DNA of 62,656 nucleotides, filler included, from Catajapyx aquilonaris (GCA_000934665.2; 4 parts of 4 records of this genome joined end to end with filler, not necessarily neighbours in it); one strand, 5' to 3'. Shown: positions 47,122-60,561, counted from the first letter of the whole stretch. Notes: generated from the letters alone by a model not told the origin. A program made the numbers and translations.

Positions 47122-50100
47122 GTTGTTGCCAGGTTATGGCGTATCGCGTCGTTGTAAGTAAACAACAACACGATACGCCATAACCTGGCAACAACAGAAC
47201 CGCTGTTGACTATCCGCGAGTCTGCTAGGAGGCGGACTTTAGTTGCTAGATGGCTCTGCTGTTGCCACGTTATGGCACATCGCATCGTTGGTTACTATCC
47301 GAGCGCCATCTATCAACAAAACAGTCCGCTCGACTTGCGCCTCTCGCGTGACGCGTCTGAGCGCACCCGTTCCTCGTCTATGAACCCCCTCTAGATGGCG
47401 TTTCCGGACACGGTTTCCTATGTCAAAAATGTTTGTCTTGGTCCCCTCTACTCTATCACCCCTAGAAGTTTGTCGGTTGAATTCATTTACACCCTGTAGT
47501 TTCCAGTATCCTGCTTCACTCAGAATTTGCCTTGACATCACACATTCACACTCATACTGGGAACAGGCCAGCAAAAACCAAAACACACAGGGCATCCTTG
47601 TCATTCTAATATCATGGCCCAGTTTTTTCTGGACAAATGCAATGGTACCTGTCCAAACACAAGTTTCCTCTAATTACTTTCACGAGTGAAACATCTGCCC
47701 ATATGCACAAAACTAAATTATTATAATGTCCTAAATGCTTTATTCATCCTCCTTCACTAATAATGACCAATACAATCCAAGTCGCACACATCTATGACAC
47801 ATTCTGCTACAGTACAGTAAGTCCAATGAATTCCTACATGAAAAATCCCCAGGGTCGGACTCGCCTCGAAAATAATTACCCCATAAATGAATACCCTCTT
47901 GTTTGCCATGCTCCCCATGAAGGTTTCCTCCCTGATATCGTTGACGTGACGTAACAAGCCGCAGCAACAGCCTTCGCACGAATCCTTACATTTGCATGTA
48001 CCCCCTCGGGGCCATTTTACATGTAAATCATTTCGCTCTCGGTCGTCAATTACGTCACACCTCAGTGCCAACTCTCTTCACCATGCATATGCAGGCTTGC
48101 ATCTTCATGTCCAGCTCAAAGCCGTTGACAACACATTGCGACGTAATCGGATCAAAGTGCTTATAAATGCCGGAAACATGGAACAGCAACCACGAAAATA
48201 CGTTACTCTCAACAACTCNATGCCAACTCGATCGTCTCCCAGCCCGGATGGACAGTTATACACTGCCAGCATCAGTCACACCTAAATAACATTTCCTTTC
48301 CCACGACGTTAAGATGAAGCTCCAAGGCCACCGGTCTGCCCTCCCGCCCGCCAACCACTAAATGCAAGAACTCGAGTGTCACCAACTCCCCGGAGTCATA
48401 CTTGGACCAGATCCTGCAGTTTATTCCGGTCCTCCTGGCACGTGCTCATCTCCATCACACACACACAAAAAAAAACCCTGCCGACTCCTACCATACCCCG
48501 AATGTCCCTCTAATTATTCCAGCCTCACGCCAATCCTTCTCCAATCTGCTCCGGGTCACCGAGGTCAATTAGCCCCCTCTTCTCTCTCATTGCTCTCGCT
48601 CCGATTGGTTCAATTACCCGCAATTGATCCGACGCTTTTGTTACTCAACAGCAGTCGCAACTTGCATGCTGATTACAAGCTGGCGAACCCATTGTTACAT
48701 TCATTAAAAAATATCATGTCGCACCCCCCTCCCCCCAATTAGCCCAACTTCATCGATCCGGCTATGAAATTCAATAAATGCTGCATACTATCGAGCCATA
48801 TGGGGCGACAGCCAGTCTTTCAAAATTGCATGTCGGCACCAGCCATATTCCCCCCCTTTCCCCCCCATAAAAAATTGCACACAAAACTGCCCCACCGCCC
48901 CCGCCACCTCCTCTCCAGGGGTGTACATGCGGCCAAAATAACCCCACCATAATAGAGCGCATGCCAGCAGGAAGTTAATTTGGCCTACTGGGCCTTGAAG
49001 AGGCAGCAGAATGGAAGGTGATGTAGAATCTAAATAACCATTCAGGGGATCCACGTTTTTTTTCGGCCATCGATTCGCCCAGTTTCCAAGGGGGGGAGTG
49101 GGGGAATGGGCCAAAGGGATGGGGTGGGTGGGGTGGAACGCAACCTTTGTCCCCCTTCCCAGTCGGCACGATCAATGAAATGCCCCGTGGCTGCTGCTGC
49201 TCTATTGCGGCTGTTGGCTCTGCAGTCTAGCCTACGGATTATAGTTGCATTCAAAGTCACTAATATTCACAACCAGTATTTTTTCCGGGCCATGGACGTC
49301 ACCGACGGCTGACGTCAACGGGGTACCGCCATTTCTGCGCACGCCGCAGCCGCCCTACTTTTGGAAGCTATTTTAACCTGCTCAAAAAAAGTGCTAAGGG
49401 CGTGGGCATTATTATTAGAAGTTACTTATGTCGGGGTTTTCCGGTTTTTGGTATCCTCGCAGTCCCCAAAAGTGTCGCGAGGAGTATGGCGGAATATTTG
49501 CACCTGGTATAGGCTCTCCCCAGCCTGGACCTTGACCTATTGACTCGCAGGGGAGACGGGAGTATTGCGCCAAAACCCTGGCTTGCGAGTAGGAATGTGA
49601 AGGAACGACAACGGTCATTTACTGTACAGTGCGATAGTTACACAATGTATGACACATTGTTCCACGCGTATACTTCAAATAGCTAATCAGATTGCAAAAT
49701 CTCACGATCAATGCGGCTCTAAAATGCCACTACCACACTATAGAGGCAACAATCCCATTCTTGCAGCCGTATGCTGTACTTCCATCCACCTGGCTAGAAC
49801 ATTCCAGATAGCAGTAATCCGCATACCAACACGGTTAATCGTCGATTGTATGTCGATGTCGTCAACAAGCCTCTAATCAGTCCACTCCAAGCCAATCGGA
49901 TTTATCTGCCTTGCCGCGGCTTTGCTTTACTGCCACTCAACCCTCGAATTATTATGCATACAGTAACATGAACTACCGCTCAAGCACTTCATTTGAAACA
50001 CGGCCAGGCTTGCAAAGTATTCCTGGCTCTCTCAAGAAACCGCTCTCCTGCTGCAATAATTAATCGATGCCATCGATCCTCTTATTTCACTTCGGACCTT

Positions 50101-50718
50101 CAAATTCGCACATGCACCACGACCTTTCCGCTGCTGACGTCATTTACAAACCTCTTGCCAGAATGTACCGGTCTCAACTATACTAGGTGCAGCATCCTTG
50201 CTGATTACATGTGCCGCGGAAGATCCTTCTTATCTATGATTTACTATGCTGCCTATTCCCGTACACAGGTACCGTACTCCCCACCGACTGTTGGGAAATT
50301 ATTGCGACACGGTCCCACGATATCGCTTGCACAACTGCGGATACACTTTGTTTTTATCCTCTCTACTACCTCATTTACAGTTCTTTATTGCACCCATGTT
50401 ACTTTCGATCTCGCCTTGAGAATTATAAACACACTCAAGGATGTCAAGGCTTTCCCCGTGCAGTGAGCATGTGCCTGCTGATCACGGCAGGCATGTGGTG
50501 TCCAGGTGTACAGTATGTTCCACTTCAAGGCGCGGGGTTGTTATTCTCGGAGATGTTACATTTCCCCCCATGAAATACTTATAAGGATACATATTAATAT
50601 CAATACTTCTCCAAAATATTGAGTCGCGGATGAGTGGAGGCACAGGCTACGTCAGATCCTTTTCTTATCCCTTTCGATGTTCTTATTGATCGTCATTTAG
50701 GTGAGTGGGGGGGGGGGG

Positions 50719-50872
50719 NNNNNNNNNNNNNNNNNNNNNNNNNNNNNNNNNNNNNNNNNNNNNNNNNNNNNNNNNNNNNNNNNNNNNNNNNNNNNNNNNN
50801 NNNNNNNNNNNNNNNNNNNNNNNNNNNNNNNNNNNNNNNNNNNNNNNNNNNNNNNNNNNNNNNNNNNNNNNN
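50719..50872. other. Assembly gap flanked by poly-G
   Basis: N run. Confidence 0.97.
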
Positions 50873-53800
50873 GGGGGGGGGGGGAGGTATGCCCCCGTCA
50901 AGTACAAACCTCACAGCATGAACGCTAAAACTTTACCCATGCATATAATTATACCAAAATCTATCACATTCCAGCAATTGACTAATATTATTGTCATTCA
51001 CTGCCTTTGCTCGGTCAAATTAATCACGATTAGCCACTGATATTTTTCCCTTTCGCAACAGCTGATGTCAACATGGTCTACAGTAGTCTTGATTACGAGT
51101 TACTCAAAATTTCACATCGCCCAGTTTACTGGTACGTAATTATCATGAGGAACTTCACTCTCCCGAGATACAGTGCCGGCCCCTTTATACTTACTCCTGA
51201 TTCTAGTACTTGACAATTAGGATAAGGAAGCAGCATGCTTCTGCCCATGTTACATCATTACCTTGAATTTGGACCACAATTTCCTCCGAAACGCAATGAC
51301 GCACTTCGAAACCTCAATCTTCATAGGGAAGACCGGTGATACCAGTGAGAAAGTCCGCACTGATAACGGGCGGCCCAAACCGCTTTTATTCTCTTATACC
51401 GGTATTAATAAGGGATACGGTCCGCCACACAATGTTGTTGTCATTAGACAACTGGTTTAAATTAATTAATTCACGCCGTATATTATTTCCTTCCCCTCCC
51501 CTCACCTTTTCGCCCTGCTTATATTTAGAATTTTGGCAACCATGCTCAAGACCCGCTTATGTCATTTCTTCCTACATTTGTCTCACGCACGCAACCCCAA
51601 AGGTTGGACTACGCCCTTTCAGACATAACATGTAGTCTATATACTACAGTCCTGTAACCTCTTTTTGCGAAAGAACTCCAGTTAACGCCACCGTCACACT
51701 AGGTTTAAAGTTGAAACGATCTATTATCTCGTCGACAAGTCTGAGTCTGCCGACCCCAATGCCCCATCCCTGCCAGACGTGCAAAATATACCACGAATCG
51801 CCTTGACTGTTCCTCGCAGAATCGATTTCTAGGAAGATTACAACCAAGGCCATTAATACTGCCCAAGCCGGTCGGGTATTGCGGGAATGACTGCGATTCA
51901 AGCGCTAATGCCACTTAAGGAAGTTCGGTCAGTTATAATATCAAGAGTGAATATTCATCCCTTACTCCAATACAAGTTAAACCCATCATTCTGTGGATCG
52001 TGCACTGAGGTGTTAAGTTGTGGAAAATGGCAATTAAATTTGCACGCCCATGCGAATTCAATATTTTTTTATGTAAGTGCTTGATGTAGGATATGTAAAT
52101 TTCAATCTCAGAACAATACATAATTCCCAGCCCTTCACACTGCATAAAATATCTCCTATACAGGCTTCTTATGACCTGAGAAACCCATCCTCCGAATCCA
52201 CGGCATACCACAGAATAGCTCCAACATTCTCGGACATTTCCTTATATACCCCAGACGTGAAGGATAATCTAGGTTTCCCCTAGTTTCCGTAGCAAGAGCA
52301 ATCGATAATAGAAACCCTGCGCACTGCAACTCTCACATGTCGGCGCCACCATATCTTTTCGTTAGTCCAAGTACCCAGCTCTCTCGCTGATAAATTACAG
52401 CCAGCTAGAGGGGAATTAAGCTTTATGAGTGGGAAACTTACACATCCAATTTGGGCCACCGACAGCTTAGAACTGCCTAATTTACTACTGCATAAGACCC
52501 TTTCTTTTCTTAGCAGTCAACATACTAAACTGGTTCGCGCCAGTCTTGCGCATTGTTTTACTAGTATGCTTGGTCACATGCCATTTCCTTCATGGGCTTA
52601 CTTGTTGGAAGGTCTTCAGATGTAATAAATATGTGACATTGCTTTGAAAATAATCAAGCAACATCATTCGTCGAGTGCTAACGACGGTAGCACTTAGTAG
52701 CTCGCATTATTCATGCAATTTCACGCAGCTAACACCTCCTTTAACTCAGTCCACCAACTACAGCCATTTTCAGACTTCCAAGTCACACTGACGTCACTTG
52801 GCTTTGGCTGGAAGTATGGGCATCCAACTTTTGGCATTTCAGACTGGCAATTCACTAAATCATTAGACCAGTGCCATGTGATGTTACACACCAAATTGAT
52901 AATCGTGCACAAGTCCATACTTCAAATAATTGGTACGTTGTGCTGTTAGTTTTTTAAATTCTGCAATTAAGTGTCGGATGATATCAAACGATTTTTCTTT
53001 TACAGTTGCCAATAAAATACAACTTTCCAAGGGGTTGTGGAGTTTCCAGATCGAAACCTTCATCAAGGCAGTCAAAGTAACTTCAGAAAGACCTACCTTT
53101 CTGTGGATAAAATTGACAAAGCAGCAACTGAAGTATTTTACAATTCAAGATATGGTTGCAAAGGGGCTAGCTAAACAATATCATGCTGGCCATTGCCTTA
53201 AAAATAAGAAACACCTTTTTTAATTTCTCAAATTTCCATTAGGTCTGCCTGACACTCGGCAATATTGTAGAAGCACAGAATTTGAATGATCCAATTGTGG
53301 AATAAGGGTTCAAGTCCAAAATACCCCAACATGAACTAACATACATAACAGAACTGTCAATATAAATTTGCCCATTGCTGTTGAGGGTTCATCACACAAG
53401 GGATATCATTAAATGTATTTTTGACTAGAAATATTTCATTCCATACCCCTACCATCTCTCTATACCTTTCTGGCCTGCTTTTATCGGGTCACTTTATCAT
53501 ATATTTATGCTAATATGACCAACTTACCATTACAAATCATTCCCAAGTCATTTCTCAAAGTAGGTTAAAGTAAGTTCACTCAACAACCATAGTACTATTA
53601 CAATGGGCAACAATAACCTGTCAACAATGGAACTAACTCAAAGCCTGCAGTATTAGTACTGTTCTCTTGCTGGATGAACTGTGCAGCCAACAATTCATAA
53701 GCAATCATGGGATGTGATCTTGCATAAGAAGTGTGCCCACTTCTTAGTCTCACTTTAATCAGATTGTCTTCATTTAAGTTTTGTTCATTAAAATATTTAT

Positions 53801-53950
53801 ACAGGGTGATGCACCACTCAAGTTGGATTCCTCTCCTGCCTACACATATCTAGGAGTGTACATGCATCATGCATGCCTAGAATAATCCATCTGTGCCTTT
53901 GTGCCTTTGTTGGAGATGTCAATTTGGCAATGTACCATCATATGGATATA

Positions 53951-54260
53951 CTTTTTTATATTTATTTTAAAAAATACCCTGTGCTGGCAATCTTTGGCCT
54001 TTTCGGGGGAACCTTTTTAAAAAATCGCCCTGATCCAAGGGCAGGGTGACTGGGAGGAGATGTGCAAAGTGCAAGTGCAATGTCTCAAACGGTACATTTC
54101 GGGAACTCTCCCAGGTGGATTAGTCTATCAGAGATTCCATCCGAGACGAAGCCACAGACGACCCAACTCTGCACGAGATGAAGGGGGGAGACCCCAGGCT
54201 GGGATCGAACCTGGGATCCTTCCATCCATGGGTGCATACGTTACTGCAGCTCCAGTCCGC
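53951..54260 (-). mobile_element. tRNA-derived SINE, family B
   Basis: B box GGTTCGATCCC on the minus strand, body matches 30546-30882, 12-bp TSD CATATGGATATA (53939-53950 and 54261-54272). Confidence 0.9.
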
Positions 54261-56119
54261 CATATGGATATATTGTACTTCGTCAGAAAACACAAATCAG
54301 AAATGTTTCTATTCTAACTTTTTGTTCCTTGTCTATTAATTTAACAGTGCTTCTCACAAATTTTAATTTATATTTAATTTGATCCTACTGGGCAACACAA
54401 CATTCTTTAGAGATGAATGCTTCATTAATGCTTCAGTGTTTGCACTTTTATTTTGCTTCTATTAGTTCATATTAGTTCCCAAAACACAAAAATCGAGATA
54501 AAACATCTTTGTGGATGCTTGTTTGCAAGAAAATGGCCGTTCCATATAATTATGGGATGTTAGGAAAATGTAACAGAGTATGGCTATAATAGTTGTTGAT
54601 TACATTACCATGGCAACAATGGCATTCAGCAATATCCATACTCGTCATAACATCAACAATGATTGATTGTTGTTGATTGCATTACCACGGAAACTGGCCG
54701 TGCAAAGAAGGGGTTGTAATTGAGTAACAATCAACAACAATCAAGTATTGTTGCAACGGTTGCCATGTAATCTCGTTTTAATTGTATGGATTCGTTAAAA
54801 TACAGTTCAACAAAGCCTACAAAATCCACAGACATACTTTACTTCTCCAAATGTGGGTGCATTTGCCTCTTGTGTTCCCCCAAGGGGACACCTGATTTCA
54901 GCACTCTCAGTCAAGGAAGTAAAAAATATGCCTATGTTCCACATCATCATCATCATTCATATTACTAACAATAAATAACTTATAACACTAATCAATATTC
55001 GAAATTTAATTACTAATCATATTCAGAACATGAAGTTGCAGCCATTATTTCCTGCGTTAAAATTCAAACACCTGTATCTTAAAAAGCTGAAGCAATATTA
55101 AGCAGGTTTGAACTTTTATCGTTAACTTGGACTCTACTGAAGCACCTGTGACTACTGCCAGCTCTTTAGCAGCAGAAGAACCTGCGCAAAAAAATTAAAA
55201 CGTAACAACTGTGCCCCCTATGGGGACGCTCCGCATGAAAACACAACACCAGATCATCTCCGGTACGGAAGCCATGATAACTCATTTGTGGTATGACAAT
55301 ATCCTTTTCTGTTGCAGGCAACCAAGGAGTTTTTTATATTGCAGGCAACCAATGCAAAACATTAATAGTACCCATGCATAATCATTAAGAGTTGTAATTT
55401 ATTTATCTCTCCGCTCAGAACGCAACATTTCAATGAGTAGGCTACATAAGAAGTGAAAGTTTCTGGAGCATCACATTATGGCAGTCGTTAGTTAAGAATT
55501 ACACCCACAGTATGCTTTTCCTCAACCTTGTCCAGGAATGCAAGAAAAAAACATCAAAAACCTATTCTCCACTTCTTTCAGCCATCCAATTCCCATTGGC
55601 AGGTGCAACCATGTCCCACATTCTCAGCGCATAACTCCTGAGCATTGCTCAACCAACTCTTGGCTCATTGTCATTCACATTGTATTCAACTTCCATGTGC
55701 AAGAACACAACCGTGCCTACATTGATGACGTCAGTTGATGTCACTTTACATCCATGTTCCCCCCAGTCCCCCACCTCCTTCTCTCCCCATAGTACCCTCC
55801 CCTGCCCTCCACCCCACTTCTAAAAGTAGGACAGTCGATAAAGCACAGGAGTACATGGGGAGAGGGGATGAGGAGGACTGGGTGGGGGTGAGATTACAGG
55901 CCGGAAATGAGACTATCGAACTGGCAATACAGTCAATACAAAAACGATTGGCGTGTTTCACGTGTGACTCGAATAATAAACTGGAAGAACCTTGAATTCC
56001 AGGCGCAATTAGTCGAGCTACGCCCAGGGGTCACGTCCTGCCCATTCCCCAGTTCTTATTATTATACTCCTTTGCCCTGGCCCCCAGTACAAGAAGGAAA
56101 TATGTGCGTGTCAACTGAC

Positions 56120-56261
56120 CCCAACTGAGTCCAGTCCTGCCGAGGAAGGCCTTTTTCTCCCCGTCCCAGAGGAACAGCTTGAAGCTTTGCCATCCGCTGG
56201 CCTTTGGGCCCACAGGCAGGTAGACATCGGCCGGCTTCTTCCCGGTGTTCCCGGTTTCCAT
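56120..56261 (-). CDS. ATP1B: Na+/K+-ATPase beta subunit (nervana-like), first coding exon
   Basis: METGNTGKKPADVYLPVGPKASGWQSFKLFLWDGEKKAFLGRTGLSW carries the family N-terminal signature FLW-x(5-6)-FLGRTxxSW. A phase-1 donor G|GTCAGT follows the Trp codon. Confidence 0.88.
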
Positions 56262-57009
56262 GGCTCAACACGCCCTTCTTTCGTCCGGCCGACTCACGAC
56301 TTCACTGGAGGCTGTGTTTGTTGCAAGAGAAGGAAGGGAGGGATGGAGTGGGGAAAAAGAGAGAGAGAGAAGAGGAGGAGGAAGACACCCTACCGATCCG
56401 AACTCTACCACGAAGAACGGGAGAATCAGACGATGGCCAGCAGGGTGCGGGGAGCGCCTGCGCAACTAATGTTCCATAGGCTCACCGACAGGCAACAACA
56501 ATCCTGCCAAAGCTGAATTACCAAAGCAACAGTGCGAGTCTACATTATTTCGAACTGCAGGCTAGGGCAGGGATTGTGTAGATACAGGCTCAGGGCATGG
56601 AGGCGACATCTTGCGACGTAATTAATCACTGCATGCAATGTAAAATTCTGAGGAGAATGTAGCCGTTTTTATTAACGAATTCAAAGAATTTAATAAGATA
56701 AGTTGTCAATGTCCGAATTCGTTTGCGGTTTATCCGTTTGGGCTGGTATAAACTGGTCCGAATGACCCCGCAAGGCACAGTCAAGTTTTGCGAAATACGT
56801 TGCATGCAATATTACATCACACATATACATAATCTTAGCTTTGCATAACATTGCTTTTTATGAGCATTATTTACTTACTAATTTGAGGCATTAAATTTAT
56901 AATTTTGTTTCTTTACTAAATTATATGAAACTGAGAGCCGGTGTAACAGTCCGATCCCCACTCCCCACCCGCACCTGCCCCTCCCCCTTCACCCCTGGCA
57001 ACGTCCTCC

Positions 57010-57100
57010 CCGCTGATTGGCTCCTTGGCGAGTCACGTGCCTTGTTGTAGTTACGGAGACGGGATCTTGTAACGGCCGCTTTTTTGAAGATTCGAACGTT
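57010..57100 (+). promoter_or_regulatory. Cyclin B3 promoter: reverse CCAAT, E-box, Myb site, CHR motifs
   Basis: ATTGG 57016-57020, GTCACGTG 57032-57039, TAACGG 57070-57075, TTTGAA 57083-57088, TTCGAA 57091-57096. A probable non-coding exon 1 ends at CAG|GTAGGC (57180). Confidence 0.65.
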
Positions 57101-57547
57101 TCCTCCGACTCCGGCTAGAGATCAGAGCAGAGATCGACGGAGCTCCCACTTCTCCTCCGCCGCCCACACGTCTCCTCCAGGTAGGCAGCTGCCCTCAGGG
57201 GCCAGCAACGGATAGGCCCAGCCAACCTGTCTTCCAGGAGGCGAGGGGAGGGAATCCCAGGGAAAAACCGTTCACCCCCCCCNCCAGAGCGACTTTAAAA
57301 AAAATTCATAACGAATTACGAGATGCATCAAGTGCTTAACTTGCATTGCTGCCTTTATCAGATTTTGGTATTTTTGACGAAAATAACCGCTCGATGGCTG
57401 TGCAAAGGGAGGGGAGGAATTTTGTTAAAACCTCACGCTACTACAGGTCGATTATAAAAGTGGCGTTTTCTGAACACGAAATGTTGCTAGGGTTCTTATT
57501 TTGCCATTTTGTTGTTGCAGACTGCAGTGGGAACTAGAAAAATCAGC

Positions 57548-57715
57548 ATGGCTCTCACACGCTTTCAGTCACATAATGGAAGCCAGGAGGCGATCAAGCC
57601 AGGCAGCTCCAATGCAAAGGTCCCGAGTCCAGACCCAACCACTAAGCGCAAGGCAGATGATGTGCCCAACCTACCAGAGAAGAAACCTCGATCTGCTTTT
57701 GGTGAACTAAGCAAT
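57548..57715 (+). CDS. CycB3: G2/mitotic-specific cyclin B3, coding exon 1
   Basis: Acceptor TTGCAG ends at 57520, ATG at 57548. The exon ends with the B3-type destruction box RSAFGELSN, then donor GTATGG (phase 0). Confidence 0.9.
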
Positions 57716-57835
57716 GTATGGCTTTCAGTTAGTCAATTTTGCACATATTACATGTCGTGAGCAATACCTCGGCTCCTACTTGTAATGCTGTTTTTAACAG
57801 CAACCTGCTTTTTAAAAAACTTGATTCCCTTCCAG

Positions 57836-58453
57836 GCCATTAACAAAGCCTTGCTGATATCAGACAAGTCCAAGGGCAAGTCCAAGGCAGCCATTGTCCC
57901 AGTTGCTCAGAAGCCTAAGCTGGTGAAGGTGGTTCAGAAGGAGAACCGCCCGAAACTAAAGAAGCCTCGCTTGATTACTCTCCGCAAACCATTTCCACCA
58001 GCCACTTCATCAACTTCTGTAACCAAGTCAGATGACGCCTCTGAGTATGAGACTGCCAATGAGGAGTCCCTCCCTTCAACTCCACAACCTGTTAACCCAG
58101 CCTTGGCTTCCCCTCCACGTCCTCCTGCTGATGTGCCTGACTTTGACCGTGAGACTTGGGACGACCCGTACCAGGCTTCGCAGTATGCTTGGGACATCTT
58201 CACACACTACCGTTCCAGAGAGCCAAAGTTTGCTGTTTCTCGCTACCTCTTGCAACAACCAGAATTGAATCGGCAAATGCGAGCCATCTTGGTGGACTGG
58301 CTTGTGGAGGTGCAGGAGAGCTTTGAGCTCAACCATGAGACCCTGTACTTGGCTGTAAGGCTGGTTGACCTCTACTTAGACAGGGTGACTGTCCCCAAGG
58401 AGACCCTGCAATTGGTTGGAGCTACTGCCTTCTTTCTTGCCTGCAAGTTTGAT
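57836..58453 (+). CDS. CycB3: Cyclin B3, coding exon 2 (cyclin N-box)
   Basis: TTCCAG acceptor, MRAILVDWLVEVQESFELNHETLYLAVRLVDLYL...LQLVGATAFFLACKFD, donor GTGAGT. Confidence 0.97.
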
Positions 58454-58517
58454 GTGAGTTTGAGGGTGCTGATCAGGAGGGTTTGAGAATCACTAATATT
58501 TCACCTTTTTCATGTAG

Positions 58518-58673
58518 GAACGCTGCCCGCCTTTGGTTGATGACTTCCTGTTCATCTGTGATGATGCCTACACACGCAAGGAACTACTGCAGATGGAGAT
58601 GGCCATACTCAAGACGGTCAAGTTCGACATTGGAGCACCCTCATCCTACAGGTTCCTCAGGAGATACGCGCGG
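58518..58673 (+). CDS. CycB3: Cyclin B3, coding exon 3
   Basis: ERCPPLVDDFLFICDDAYTRKELLQMEMAIL...YRFLRRYAR, with AG/GT boundaries in phase 0. Confidence 0.95.
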
Positions 58674-58812
58674 GTTGGTGAACTGCTTGCAGGGATTTTG
58701 TACAGCAGACTCTTTGAAGTTTGCCGTTGCTTTTGCATAGCAGTGCTAATTGATGTTGACATCAGCTTAACAAGCTAAGTTGCTTGTCATTACAGATTGG
58801 AATGTGCACTGA

Positions 58813-59294
58813 AACCAAACTAACTCTTCTTACTCTCCTAAATTTTGAAATTTTTTGGATTGTCTAATTCTGCTTGGTCTATAATGTTGTGCAAACATCA
58901 CCTCTGCTGCTAATTTTCACGTCAAAATACAAGCTAAATGTGATCTTCCGAAGCCACAACACCTAGCAGCCAGTCACGGGTTGCAGGCAACTGTAGCGCG
59001 CTCTAGGGTGGGGCGAGCAAGTAGAATATGACCTCACATGCTTGGAAATCGATTTTGTGTAGCAATTTATGAATCAAGTTTAATCGATCATTTACCACTG
59101 ATATCAGTCGCGACGACGCGGGACCGGCCACCCGCAACCAGATGCAGGTGTTGTGGCTTTGGAATTTCGGCCTTTTGACCCTGCTGACGTGAAAATAAGC
59201 AGCAGAGATTATGTTTACACAACACTAGGTCAAGCAGAATTAGAAAATCCAAAAAATTTCAAAACTTAAGGAGGTAAGAAGAGTTAGTTTGGTT
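58813..59294. mobile_element. Intronic foldback/MITE in cyclin B3
   Basis: AACCAAACTAACTCTTCTTAC...TTTTGAAATTTTTTGGATT...ATTTTCACGTCA matches TGACGTGAAAAT...AATCCAAAAAATTTCAAAA...GTAAGAAGAGTTAGTTTGGTT. Confidence 0.8.
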
Positions 59295-60012
59295 GTGGGA
59301 TGTGGAAAAGCATGCATTTAGGGGCAGTTTTAGAGGCAATATTGAACATTGTGGCCAGCAATGATTAATACTGCAGCAACATGAGTAAACAAACAAAAAA
59401 TGTGATTTTCCAATATGGAACCTAAATACCATTATTACAGTTCAAGCTGCAAAAAGTGTTGGGCCATTTGCTTAGTCCCTCTCTGTCATGGTTGCTGCCT
59501 GTATCATTACAAGTATGCCATTCTGTCAGGATTTCATTTTACCTTGAACATTTGCTTGATGTAAGCAATTAGGGTTTCAGGTGTATCAGTATATGCCTAC
59601 CAGGAGGCTAATGCAGTGATACCTGTGCAGCAGACTGGGTCTGTTTCTATGCTGAACAATTATGCAGTAGACTACATCGTAAGTGCGCTGAGACGTTTCC
59701 ACTGTGTCCAGGGTCTGTTACAAACCTAGATTTACTGATTCTTTCCTGGCAGATGAAATTGTTGCAGCTGTATATTTTGGATAGGGTGGAATAACATGGT
59801 ATAAAACATGTGTGTCTCAGTACTTAATGCAGTTGAATTCTGGATTTGCTCTTGTGCACTGAGGTGGTAATTTCATGTTGCACAAGCTATTCTGGAAATC
59901 TTGCTTTTGTCAGTAAGTTATGTAGACTTCAAAGGATAGTAGGTCATGACTGCATTCTGACTGACACAGTGCTAAGCCTGAAATCATTGTAATTTTTGTC
60001 CCTGGGCCCCAG

Positions 60013-60293
60013 TGTGCTAAAGTCAGCATGGAGACCATGACTCTGGCTCGATACATCCTGGAGACGTCCCTGATGGATTACGACTTTGTGGAGGTGCGTG
60101 ACTCAGTGATGGCTTGTGGTGCACTCCTCTTGGCCCTACAAATGAAAGGACTAGGTGGATGGACCCCGACTCTTAAATACTATTCTGGCTATGCTCTTGA
60201 GGACATCTTTGACATCACCCATCGCCTTAATGCCATGCTTTCGGTGAGGCAGCCAGAGAATGTTCGAACCATCAAGAACAAGTATTCGCATAA
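60013..60293 (+). CDS. CycB3: Cyclin B3, coding exon 4 (cyclin C-terminal domain)
   Basis: CCCCAG acceptor, CAKVSMETMTLARYILETSLMDY...WTPTLKYYSGY...IKNKYSH, phase-2 donor AA|GTAAGT. Confidence 0.95.
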
Positions 60294-60491
60294 GTAAGTT
60301 GAATTTCGGTTTCTTATTAAAGCTGAATTTACTTTCCAACACCTAATGACATCAATGCTTGCAGAAAAGCCTAGATTTTCGGAATATCTCAACCATGCCG
60401 CTGCATAATCCAACATTCAGCTCATTCCTCCTTATAAGGAGATAGCAAAAAATTGATTGCATCACAACTAATGTGGCTTTGTCTCTTTCAG

Positions 60492-60543
60492 GGTGTTTTT
60501 TGAAGTGGCCAAGACACCACTACTTGAGGAGCTTCGTCTTTGA
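60492..60543 (+). CDS. CycB3: Cyclin B3, final coding exon
   Basis: TTTCAG acceptor, completes (K)VFFEVAKTPLLEELRL-stop. KYSHxVFFEVA is the cyclin B3 C-terminal signature. The joined CDS is 424 codons plus stop. Confidence 0.92.
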
Positions 60544-60561
60544 AGCTGTTTTGGATGGAAT

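Noticed and set aside
47122..47195. 25-bp-arm hairpin at the contig start
   Set aside because: Looks like the interior of a GTTGCCA-motif MITE cut by the gap; boundaries cannot be defined.
53235..53283. Minus-strand QILCFY as ATPase-beta exon 2
   Set aside because: No splice acceptor, no transmembrane stretch, and a stop follows soon after.
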